Below are positions 33,903 through 42,178 of a DNA stretch of 64,000 nucleotides, one piece after another (position 1 is the stretch's first letter; every line of letters begins with the position of its first letter). Under the pieces are notes generated by a model, which did not search any database, was not told where the DNA came from, and saw nothing but the letters and a program-made list of their open reading frames with translations. The stretch is from Oscillospiraceae bacterium (GTDB taxonomy: Bacteria > Bacillota > Clostridia > Oscillospirales > UBA644), in the NCBI GenBank assembly GCA_015067305.1, contig SVMT01000001.1, positions 28,749 to 92,748 of the forward strand. The letters are read 5' to 3'. The position numbers and the translations under genes were made by a program.

Positions 33903-35447
33903 ATGGTCTCAAAAGTTAACAGTATCGGGTTGGAAGGTCTGGACGGCTACGTTATTGAAGTCGAAACAGATACACGTCCTGCGGCGGAGACACGTACTGA
34001 TGTGGTAGGCTTGCCTGACACCAGCGTAAAAGAAGCGATGAACCGTGTCCGTTCCGCAATTTACAACAACCGCTATCGTATCCCCGAATGTAATATAATC
34101 ACAAACCTTGCCCCTGCGTCCATCAAAAAAGAGGGCACGGTTTACGACCTGCCCATACTTCTCGGTATTCTCATTTCCACGGGTCAGTTACCTCAGGTCA
34201 GCCCAAAAGCCGCTTTTATCGGTGAACTTTCCCTTTCGGGCGAGCTTCGTCCCTGTTTCGGAGTGCTTGCATCGGTAATTTCCGCAAGAAATCACGGTTT
34301 TGAGGAGATTTTCGTGCCTGCCCAGAACGCCGACGAGGGCGCAGTTATTGAAGGTATAAATGTTTATCCTGTGGAAAACATTTCTCAGCTTGCGGATCAC
34401 ATCAAGGGTGAGAATCTGATAAGTCCGTTGAAACGTGATCTTTCTCAGCTTCGCCACGATGCACAGCTTGGATTTTCCGATTTCTCCGCAATAGTAGGTC
34501 AGCACGGCGCAAAACGTGCCTGCGAGATCGCAGCAGCAGGCGGTCACAATATTCTGCTCATCGGTCCTCCCGGTACGGGCAAAAGCATGATAGCTAAAAG
34601 CCTTCCCTCGATCTTGCCTGAAATGACTTTTGACGAAATGATAGAATGCAGTAAGGTCTATTCGATCGCAGGAAAACTCACCAAGGATAAACCTCTTGTT
34701 GTGACACGTCCCTTTGTCAAGTCGAATCAGAATGTTTCCATTGCAAGTATGACGGGTGGCGGCTCTTCTCCCACACCGGGACTTATTTCTCTTGCGCACA
34801 ATGGTGTGCTTTTTCTCGATGAAATAGCGGAATTTTCGGTAAAACTCCTGGAAACTCTCCGCCAACCACTTGAGGATAACACCGTCACCGTCAACCGTGT
34901 GAAGCGTACCGTGACTTTCCCCTCGGCGTTTATGCTTGTATGTGCAATGAATCCTTGCCCTTGCGGTAACTACGGACACCCGACTTTGCGCTGTACTTGC
35001 ACGCCTCAGCAGGTGGAAAAATATATGAACCGAATTTCAGGACCTCTTCTTGACCGTATTGATCTTCAGGTTGAGATGCCGCCCGTTCCAATCAAGGAGA
35101 TAAAATCCGCCAGACCTGCGGAAACCAGCGCCGAGATCAAAAAACGTGTTGACAGAGCACGTCAGATCCAGCAGGAACGCTACAAAAACGAAAATTTCAA
35201 CTGCAACGCAAAAATGTCGCCTGCCGCAATACGTCAGCATTGCCACCTCACGGACAAGGCTACGCAAGTGCTTTCAGATGTTTTTGAGAAAACGGCGCTT
35301 TCCATGCGTGCATATGATAAGCTCATCAAAATAGGCAGGACTATTGCCGACCTTGAAGGCAAAGAGACCGTGGAAGCCGACCACATTTCCGAAGCAGTAT
35401 ATTTCCGCAGTCTCGACAAAAAGTATTGGAATCGGACTATCGTCTGA
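33903..35447 (+). CDS. comM: YifB/ComM family Mg-chelatase-like AAA+ ATPase
   Basis: From ATG 33903: MVSKVNSIGLEGLDGYVIEVE..., Walker A LLIGPPGTGKSM, GVLFLDEIAEF and Zn-binding MNPCPCGNYG. Confidence 0.9.
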   Translation: MVSKVNSIGLEGLDGYVIEVETDTRPAAETRTDVVGLPDTSVKEAMNRVRSAIYNNRYRIPECNIITNLAPASIKKEGTVYDLPILLGILISTGQLPQVSPKAAFIGELSLSGELRPCFGVLASVISARNHGFEEIFVPAQNADEGAVIEGINVYPVENISQLADHIKGENLISPLKRDLSQLRHDAQLGFSDFSAIVGQHGAKRACEIAAAGGHNILLIGPPGTGKSMIAKSLPSILPEMTFDEMIECSKVYSIAGKLTKDKPLVVTRPFVKSNQNVSIASMTGGGSSPTPGLISLAHNGVLFLDEIAEFSVKLLETLRQPLEDNTVTVNRVKRTVTFPSAFMLVCAMNPCPCGNYGHPTLRCTCTPQQVEKYMNRISGPLLDRIDLQVEMPPVPIKEIKSARPAETSAEIKKRVDRARQIQQERYKNENFNCNAKMSPAAIRQHCHLTDKATQVLSDVFEKTALSMRAYDKLIKIGRTIADLEGKETVEADHISEAVYFRSLDKKYWNRTIV

Positions 35448-35470
35448 GCCCCAAAAAGAAAGGCAAATTT

Positions 35471-36328
35471 ATGAATAAATTTTTCAAAACAGCAGGAGTG
35501 ATTCTAATGTCTTTTTTCCTCACTTTCGGAGCAACTCCCACAAAGGCAACCGATTCAGTTTCAGGCTATATCAGCCGTTACACAGTCAACACATCAGGCA
35601 GGGCAGAGTGGACAGGTGCGGAAGGTACGACCGTTTCTTCAAATTCCGTTGAACGCAACGGCAAAAACGTAATATCTTTCAATTCAGGTAAAGGAAATAC
35701 CTCACTCAGCGCATCTTTTCAGGTGACTTCCATGCCCACTGTGGAATTTGACGTTACTACTCTCTCTTTGAAATTGCTTCTTTATATTGATGATATTTCC
35801 GCGATCAAAGCCCGTGACGGCAGTTTCCTTGGTGGAGAGATCGGTTTTTACGGTAAAAAGATCTATACTACTGAAACCGAACCTGTTGAGGGTGAAGAAC
35901 CTACAGTCATTTTTGCCGAAGAGCCTGTTTTTTATAAATGGGATCTTGGTGATATTTCCCTCAAAAAGGGCTGGAACAGATTGACACTTAATTTCAAAAC
36001 GGCTGAAACCGATAATGTTGTCAACGATTTCACTTTTGAGGGTATCACGGAATTCCGCATAACCGCCAACAAAAACAGTGCCGCAAACCTGACTGTAGCG
36101 CTTGATAACACGGAAGTCTGCGTTCTCAGCATTGCCGAGGACGGAAAAGTTATCGAACCCATAACTGATACCCACACAGCCAAGGAAATTGCGGTTGCCG
36201 CAGGAATTGCCGTTGCACTTGTCGGCGGAGTCTCTGCCGTATGCTATGCAATGGCGAAAAAGGAAGAAAAACGTCGTATCCGTGAACGCCGCGCGAGAAT
36301 CCTTGCACGGAAACAGAATAGGGAATAG
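35471..36328 (+). CDS. hypothetical secreted protein with C-terminal membrane anchor
   Basis: From ATG 35471: signal-like MNKFFKTAGVILMSFFLTFGATPTKA, C-terminal TM AVAAGIAVALVGGVSAVCYAM and a basic tail. No family recognised. Confidence 0.55.
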   Translation: MNKFFKTAGVILMSFFLTFGATPTKATDSVSGYISRYTVNTSGRAEWTGAEGTTVSSNSVERNGKNVISFNSGKGNTSLSASFQVTSMPTVEFDVTTLSLKLLLYIDDISAIKARDGSFLGGEIGFYGKKIYTTETEPVEGEEPTVIFAEEPVFYKWDLGDISLKKGWNRLTLNFKTAETDNVVNDFTFEGITEFRITANKNSAANLTVALDNTEVCVLSIAEDGKVIEPITDTHTAKEIAVAAGIAVALVGGVSAVCYAMAKKEEKRRIRERRARILARKQNRE

Positions 36329-36391
36329 TTTTTAGGTATTAGCGACAAACTGAGATCTGATGTCGAACCGTCTGATATGTTATATTAGCAA

Positions 36392-36478
36392 ACAAAAGTG
36401 GAGCTGCCGTGACGGTAGTCCCTCATAGTTTAAAGATAAACCGCTTACTTTGGAAGAGCAGGCGGTTTATCTTTTTTT
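36392..36478 (+). ncRNA. orphan paralog of the 9882-9968 antisense RNA
   Basis: Alignable base by base with the minus-strand RNA at 9968-9882 (AACA.AA..GGAG.T.CCG..ACGGT....CTCATA.TT). Terminator is GATAAACCGC-17 nt-GCGGTTTATC plus T7 (36435-36478) with a similar loop (ACTTTGGA). The -10 is TATATT at 36381; the -35 is degenerate. Confidence 0.45.
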
Positions 36479-36520
36479 ATGTGAAATGACGTTTTCCCAA
36501 TAAAAATACCCACAACCATC

Positions 36521-36549
36521 TTGAAAAGTTCATATTTATATAGTATAAT
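36521..36549 (+). promoter_or_regulatory. promoter of the 36583 gene
   Basis: TTGAAA 36521-36526, 17 nt, TATAAT 36544-36549. Confidence 0.6.
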
Positions 36550-36582
36550 ACTTGTAGTTAGTTTTTGTTTGAGAGGAAAATA

Positions 36583-38226
36583 ATGAAATTCAGCAATAAA
36601 TTAAACCCTAAACGATTGTTGTCGTTGTTTGCGGCGGCTGTCATGGCTCTCGGCTGTACTGCATGTGTCCCGGAATTTGATACGAATTTCCCGGTTGCGG
36701 ACGATTTTGACAACTATATGCCCGTGGAAGAAGATGTGCAGCTCCGTGTGCTTACCGATAAAAGCCAGAATGAAGTCAATCTAACGGTCTGGAGCTGGCA
36801 GGTTCCTTCTGCGGAATATGCAGAACAGTATGCGGAACAAGCGAAAGCCCTCGGATTCGACGGCATTGACTTTGTTGTACAATGGAAAAAATTTGAATCC
36901 CAAAAAGGGGAGTTTGATTGGAAATATCTCGACAGTATTCTTGATGTTTTTGTCGAAAAGGATCTTGGGATCAGTCTCAGCATACTTTTCTGGACAGAAG
37001 GTCTTGAATGGCGTGATGAACTTGATTTTCAGATGACTTCCGACGGAGAGGTTTACGTTTACGACGAGGCGAGAAGTCATTTCCTTGCCCTGAACAGCGA
37101 GAAAAACCTCGAAGTTATGAAAAATACCCTCAAATATTTCGCCGCACATGTTGACGGTAAATATAAAGAAAATATTACCCGTTGGTATATAAGAACCAGC
37201 GTTTATGCAGAGATGGAATATTCTTCTTTGGTCGATCTTGACTATTCTCCCAGCGCAATTACTGCATTTAAACGTTTTTTGAAAGAAAAGTATATTTCTC
37301 CCACCGCTTTTAATTCGCATTTCGGATACAGCCTCGCATCCTGGGACGACATAAGTGCTCTTGACGGTGTGAAGCTTGCGCAAAAGTGTGAATATGACTG
37401 GAAACTTTTCAAACAGCACACGATCATTGAGATCTCAAATATGTACACGGAAATATTCAAGATCGCTGATCCCGACATTCCCGTGTCTCTTCAGCTCAGC
37501 AGTATCTGGGACACATCCGCTTCGTTCTATCGCGGTGTTTTTGACCCGTATGTGCTTTCAAGTCAATCTGATGTTGATATAATTCAGATAAGCGACTCAC
37601 CTGATTGGCCGCACGATTTTTCCATAGATCTGCTTTCATCCTTTGTCGGCGACAAATTTATCGCCATGGAAACTGACGGCTCATGGAGAGGGGAGAGTGC
37701 TTTTGAGGGTTATGTTGAGCAGGTCGCTGAATCTGTTTCTTCCGGTGCTTCATATATAAATGCTGCAAATTGGGAACTTGAAGACCTTCAGACTTACGGT
37801 CTGAAATATCTTTCCAGATATAAAACCGCCGCAGAAACTGCCCCCGAAAGAAAACTCCACGATGAAACAGACGTAATTCTGATAAATACAAGGGATTTTC
37901 TCCTGAAAAATCCGCCGCAGGATATGCACGACCTCTATTATTACGCTTATAAGAATATGTCCTCTTCAAGCGGTAAAAAGGTCCGTTTCATTTCCGATAC
38001 GCAGATACTTGAAGACCCCACGATCCTTAACGGGGTACGAAAGATCCACGTGGGCGAGCTTTCCGATGTTGTAATTATGAGCAGTGAATTGGGGAAGCTT
38101 CTCGCATCTTCTTCCATAATTATCGTTGACGACGTTAACGCACAGCCCAATTTTATCGACGAATTCGGCAGCCCTTTGGCTGAAGAAGTACAGGTGGCTC
38201 TCCGTGCGAAACTGAAAGACAGCTAA
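36583..38226 (+). CDS. lipoprotein, GH42-like glycoside hydrolase
   Basis: From ATG 36583: lipobox LFAAAVMALGCTAC, then GFDGIDFVVQWKKFESQKGEFDWKYLD and AFKRFLKEKYISPTAFNSHFGYSLASWDDI, resembling the GH42 beta-galactosidase N-domain pattern. Confidence 0.5.
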   Translation: MKFSNKLNPKRLLSLFAAAVMALGCTACVPEFDTNFPVADDFDNYMPVEEDVQLRVLTDKSQNEVNLTVWSWQVPSAEYAEQYAEQAKALGFDGIDFVVQWKKFESQKGEFDWKYLDSILDVFVEKDLGISLSILFWTEGLEWRDELDFQMTSDGEVYVYDEARSHFLALNSEKNLEVMKNTLKYFAAHVDGKYKENITRWYIRTSVYAEMEYSSLVDLDYSPSAITAFKRFLKEKYISPTAFNSHFGYSLASWDDISALDGVKLAQKCEYDWKLFKQHTIIEISNMYTEIFKIADPDIPVSLQLSSIWDTSASFYRGVFDPYVLSSQSDVDIIQISDSPDWPHDFSIDLLSSFVGDKFIAMETDGSWRGESAFEGYVEQVAESVSSGASYINAANWELEDLQTYGLKYLSRYKTAAETAPERKLHDETDVILINTRDFLLKNPPQDMHDLYYYAYKNMSSSSGKKVRFISDTQILEDPTILNGVRKIHVGELSDVVIMSSELGKLLASSSIIIVDDVNAQPNFIDEFGSPLAEEVQVALRAKLKDS

Positions 38227-38227
38227 A

Positions 38228-38548
38228 TCATTTTACGATCTTTGGCAGATCGTCAGGTTCAATAAAATAGATCCCCTTATCGGCAGACTCAAGCAGTTTG
38301 CCGATCTTTTTATCCTCATCTGTCATTTCTTCACTGCAAACGATTATGTCTTCTCCAAAACCGTTTCGTCTGAACCTGTTCAGAACTTCCGAACAAAATC
38401 CTTCAAGATTTTTTGTATGCGGAACGCACAGGATATATATTCGTCCTTCAACTTTACCTCCGCCGTATATCTTCATTATCTCATTTATCATGACCCACAG
38501 CCCCATTATTGCCAGCCCGATAATCAAACATTGAAAAAACAGTTCCAT
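38228..38548 (-). CDS. hypothetical small membrane-anchored protein
   Basis: 106-aa ORF with an N-terminal hydrophobic helix. No obvious SD sequence. Its stop lies 1 nt from the convergent upstream gene's stop. Confidence 0.4.
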   Translation of the reverse strand: MELFFQCLIIGLAIMGLWVMINEIMKIYGGGKVEGRIYILCVPHTKNLEGFCSEVLNRFRRNGFGEDIIVCSEEMTDEDKKIGKLLESADKGIYFIEPDDLPKIVK

Positions 38549-38559
38549 ATAATTACAAA

Positions 38560-38575
38560 TGTTTCACGTGAAACA
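38560..38575. promoter_or_regulatory. parS site
   Basis: TGTTTCACGTGAAACA, a perfect match to the Firmicute parS palindrome. Confidence 0.9.
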
Positions 38576-38640
38576 TTCTCTCCTTTCAAGAATTTGTACT
38601 GTTCACTATATACTATGTGGATTCGACAGATTTCGTGAAT

Positions 38641-38656
38641 TGTTTCACGTGAAACA
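38641..38656. promoter_or_regulatory. parS site
   Basis: TGTTTCACGTGAAACA, perfect. Confidence 0.9.
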
Positions 38657-38693
38657 AAATGTATGGATTTTTTAAGTTTTTTTCATTTAGCTA

Positions 38694-38722
38694 TTGATTT
38701 TTCATATTATAAGTGCTATAAT
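38694..38722 (+). promoter_or_regulatory. parA promoter
   Basis: TTGATT 38694-38699, 17 nt, TATAAT 38717-38722 with TGC upstream. Confidence 0.6.
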
Positions 38723-38765
38723 ATATAGGTACATAAAAATTGACCTTTTGAAAGGATTGAATCTG

Positions 38766-39542
38766 TTGACAAAGATAATTGCCGTCGCCAACCAGAAAGG
38801 CGGCGTTGGAAAAACCACTACCGCCGTCAATCTCAGCGCATGTGTTGCGGAGAAACACGGCAAAAAAGTCCTTCTCATAGATCTTGACCCTCAGGGCAAT
38901 GCAACTTCGGGTTGTGGCGTGAATAAAAAACAAGCGTCCCCCACAATCTATGACCTGCTTCTGGCTGATGAACTTACTTCAGACGATATTAAAACGGGTA
39001 TAAAGGAAACGAAATTCAAGAACCTCTCGATCTTGCCTTCCACCATGGAGCTTGTTGGCGCAGAAATTGAACTGACCGATGCGACCAAGAGGGAACAGCG
39101 AATTAAACGTATTACGGACAAGCTTTTTGATTACGATTATATTTTTATTGACTGTCCTCCGTCTTTGGGACTTATGACCTTGAATGCTCTGACAGCCGCT
39201 GACAGCGTTCTGATCCCGATCCAGTGTGAATTTTATGCTCTTGAAGGTCTTTCTCAGCTGACGAATACTATCAGACAGGTAAAAAAACACTACAATGCGG
39301 CACTGCAGATCGAAGGTGTGCTTGTTACCATGTATGACGGCAGATTGAATCTGACAATGCAGGTCCTCGCAGAATTGAAAAAATATTTTGCTGACAAAAT
39401 GTATAAAACGGTAATTCCACGAAATGTCCGCATTTCAGAAGCTCCGTCTCACGGTATGCCCATAAACTATTACGATAAATTTGCTAAAGGAGCTTCGGCT
39501 TACTATCAGCTTGCGGAGGAGTTTCTTGGCCGTCAGAAATAA
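38766..39542 (+). CDS. parA: chromosome partitioning ATPase ParA/Soj
   Basis: From TTG 38766: TKIIAVANQKGGVGKTTTAVNLSA (deviant Walker A) and IFIDCPPSLG. The ORF track starts earlier, at 38694. Confidence 0.92.
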   Translation: MTKIIAVANQKGGVGKTTTAVNLSACVAEKHGKKVLLIDLDPQGNATSGCGVNKKQASPTIYDLLLADELTSDDIKTGIKETKFKNLSILPSTMELVGAEIELTDATKREQRIKRITDKLFDYDYIFIDCPPSLGLMTLNALTAADSVLIPIQCEFYALEGLSQLTNTIRQVKKHYNAALQIEGVLVTMYDGRLNLTMQVLAELKKYFADKMYKTVIPRNVRISEAPSHGMPINYYDKFAKGASAYYQLAEEFLGRQK

Positions 39543-39558
39543 TGTTTCACGTGAAACA
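39543..39558. promoter_or_regulatory. parS site
   Basis: TGTTTCACGTGAAACA, perfect, in the parA-parB spacer. Confidence 0.9.
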
Positions 39559-39593
39559 TTTCAAATTATAAATCAGAAAACAAGGTGAAATAT

Positions 39594-40484
39594 ATGAAAA
39601 AATCCGGTTTAGGGCGTGGACTTGACGCGTTGTTTGCGGATAACGAGATCGAAACCGAAGGCTCGGCAAAAGACGGAATGACATTGCGAATTTCCGACAT
39701 TGAACCAAACAAGGCTCAGCCGAGAAAGCATTTCGATAAAGAAGCTTTGGAAGAATTGGCTTCGTCAATACGCGAACACGGTCTGCTTCAGCCCATCATT
39801 GTACGTAAAGTCGATGATAAATATCAGATAATTTCCGGTGAACGCCGCTGGAGAGCCTGTCGTATGGCAGGACTTGTGGAAGTCCCCGTAATATTAAAGG
39901 AACTTGACGACAAGCAGGCTTTGGAAATCGGTCTTATCGAAAACCTCCAGCGTGAAGACCTGAATATTCTCGAAGAAGCCGAGGGTTATAAATCTTTGAT
40001 TGAAGATTTCGGCATGACGCAAGAGGAAATATCCAAAAGGGTAGGGAAGTCCCGTCCCGTTGTTGCAAACGCAATGCGAATTCTGGCGTTGCCTGAGGCG
40101 ATACTTTCCTATGTGTCCGTTGGAAAATTAACTTCCGGTCACGCCCGTGCGCTTCTTGCTCTTTCCAAGTACTGCGATGAGGTTCAGCTTATAGATATCG
40201 CAAATGAGGCTGTAGATAAGAATCTGTCCGTCCGTGAGCTTGAAAATATGGCAAAACGCATGGAGAAAAATGCTGAAGCAAAGGAAAAACCTCTTCCCGA
40301 AAAGAAAGATGAGGATATTTATTTCAAAGAGATCGCCGAGGACCTTTCAAATAAGTGGGGTCGCAAGGTGAAAATTTCCTCCGCCTCAAAAGGCGGTAAA
40401 GTTAAAGGCACGGTAGAATTTGAGTTCTACGACAACGAAGATTTTAATAATTTACTTGATATAATTTCAAAAAAGGTAAGGTAA
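39594..40484 (+). CDS. parB: chromosome partitioning protein ParB/Spo0J
   Basis: MKKSGLGRGLDALF..., PNKAQPRKHFD, QPIIVRK, GERRWRA and HTH region EEISKRVGKSRPVVANAMR. Confidence 0.93.
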   Translation: MKKSGLGRGLDALFADNEIETEGSAKDGMTLRISDIEPNKAQPRKHFDKEALEELASSIREHGLLQPIIVRKVDDKYQIISGERRWRACRMAGLVEVPVILKELDDKQALEIGLIENLQREDLNILEEAEGYKSLIEDFGMTQEEISKRVGKSRPVVANAMRILALPEAILSYVSVGKLTSGHARALLALSKYCDEVQLIDIANEAVDKNLSVRELENMAKRMEKNAEAKEKPLPEKKDEDIYFKEIAEDLSNKWGRKVKISSASKGGKVKGTVEFEFYDNEDFNNLLDIISKKVR

Positions 40485-40490
40485 TGCAAA

Positions 40491-41771
40491 ATGTTGGATA
40501 TTAAAAACATCAGAACCGACGCTGAAAAAATAATCGCCGGTATGAATAAGAGAAACAAGACCATTGATCTTCAGCCCCTTCTTGATCTTGACGCTGAAAA
40601 AAGATCTCTTCTCGTTGAAACAGAACAAATGAAGGCTGAGCAGAACGCTACTTCCAAAATGGTTCCCCAGTACAAAAAGGAAGGTAAAGATACAGCTGAA
40701 CTCTTTGCCGCAATGAAAGTTCTTTCCGATAAGGTCAAAGAGAACGACATTAAGATCAAGGAATACGATGAAAAGATCAACGCTTTCCTTCTTTCCGTTC
40801 CCAATATTCCCCTTGATATCGTTCCCGATGGCAAAGACGACAGCGATAACCTTGAAGTTCGCAAATACGGCGAGCCCACAAAATTCGATTTTGAACCCCT
40901 CGCTCATTGGGATATCGGTTCTGCATTGAACATTCTTGACCCTGAAAGAGCTGCAAAAGTTACAGGTACACGTTTCCATTTCTACCGTGGCGCAGGTGCT
41001 GCTCTTGAAAGATCTATAATCAGCTTCTTCCTTGACACACATACAGCTAACGGCTACACAGAAATTATGCCTCCCTACATGGTAAACAGAAAGTCCATGA
41101 CAGGTACAGGTCAGCTTCCCAAGTTTGAAGAAGATGCTTTCAAGACAAACAACGACTACTTCCTCATTCCCACAGCTGAAGTTCCCGTTACAAACTACCA
41201 TGCTGACGAAATTCTTTCCGAAGATCAGCTGCCTATTAAATATTGCGCATATTCTGCTTGTTTCCGTGCCGAAGCTGGTTCTGCGGGCAGAGACACAAGA
41301 GGTCTTATCAGACAGCACCAGTTCAATAAGGTAGAACTTGTTAAATTTACAACACCAGAACAGGCACTTGACGAGCTTGAAAGCCTTACAAATGACGCTG
41401 AAAGAGTTCTCCAGCTCCTCGGTCTTCCTTATAGAGTTGTACGCCTTTGCGGTGGAGACCTTGGCTTCTCTTCCGCTATCACATATGATATCGAAGTTTG
41501 GATGCCTTCTTACGGCAGATACGTTGAGATTTCTTCCTGCTCCTGCTTCACCGATTTCCAGGCACGCAGAGCGAATATCAAGTTCAAGACAGACATCAAT
41601 TCCAAAGAAAAGCCCAGATTCGTTTATACTCTTAACGGTTCCGGCGTTGCTGTCGGAAGAACTGTCGCTGCTATTTTGGAAAACTACCAGAACAAAGACG
41701 GCACAGTAACTGTTCCCGAAGTTCTCAGAAAGTACCTCGGCGGCAAAGAACTCATTACAAAACAGAACTGA
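40491..41771 (+). CDS. serS: serine--tRNA ligase
   Basis: 426-aa ORF with MLDIKNIR..., an N-terminal coiled coil, [25 protein letters not shown] and [12 protein letters not shown]. Confidence 0.96.
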   Translation: MLDIKNIRTDAEKIIAGMNKRNKTIDLQPLLDLDAEKRSLLVETEQMKAEQNATSKMVPQYKKEGKDTAELFAAMKVLSDKVKENDIKIKEYDEKINAFLLSVPNIPLDIVPDGKDDSDNLEVRKYGEPTKFDFEPLAHWDIGSALNILDPERAAKVTGTRFHFYRGAGAALERSIISFFLDTHTANGYTEIMPPYMVNRKSMTGTGQLPKFEEDAFKTNNDYFLIPTAEVPVTNYHADEILSEDQLPIKYCAYSACFRAEAGSAGRDTRGLIRQHQFNKVELVKFTTPEQALDELESLTNDAERVLQLLGLPYRVVRLCGGDLGFSSAITYDIEVWMPSYGRYVEISSCSCFTDFQARRANIKFKTDINSKEKPRFVYTLNGSGVAVGRTVAAILENYQNKDGTVTVPEVLRKYLGGKELITKQN

Positions 41772-41785
41772 TTTTTCATAAGTTG

Positions 41786-42045
41786 ATTTAAAGGGAGAGG
41801 GTATTCTTTTCGCGTGAAAAGAATACCCTCTCCCTTAGACCCTCACCCAAGAAAAGCGGGTGGGAATAAATGCAAAGTGCAAAACGCAGAATGCAAAATT
41901 GGTAACACTTGTTTCCGCCAACTCAAACTTAATCTTTGCAAAAAACTTGTTTATTTCGATACGAAGATCTTTTTGAAGAATCTTGTTTCGGTTTTCTTTC
42001 TGAAAGGGTTTAAGGGAAAACTTTTTCTTTTTTCGTGAAAAGAAA
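41786..42045. repeat. ~260-bp direct repeat, left copy (flanks the GH43 gene)
   Basis: Near-identical to 44315-44575. Contains R2 hairpin 41793-41834, a TGCA heptad block (41868-41900) and a truncated second R2 hairpin. Confidence 0.9.
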
Positions 42046-42105
42046 GTACGCTATCTGACTCACCCAAGAAAAGCGGGTTGGGGGTGTTTTTTGGGTTTAA
42101 AATAC

Positions 42106-42134
42106 TTGACAAAATCATGGTTTTGTGATACAAT
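42106..42134 (+). promoter_or_regulatory. GH43 gene promoter
   Basis: TTGACA 42106-42111, 17 nt, TACAAT 42129-42134. Confidence 0.6.
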
Positions 42135-42178
42135 ATAACAAACTGTGGTAAACAGTTAAAAAGAGAGGTATTTACGGT

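Noticed and set aside
40485-40490. Looked for T-box leaders upstream of serS (and glyQS)
   Set aside because: serS starts 6 nt after the parB stop and glyQS overlaps gyrA, so there is no leader space in either case.
41814-42038. 74-aa ORF, and its 103-aa twin at 44310-44621
   Set aside because: Both lie wholly inside the 260-bp direct repeats. They read through hairpins and TGCA heptads and have no RBS. Their similarity only reflects DNA repeat identity.
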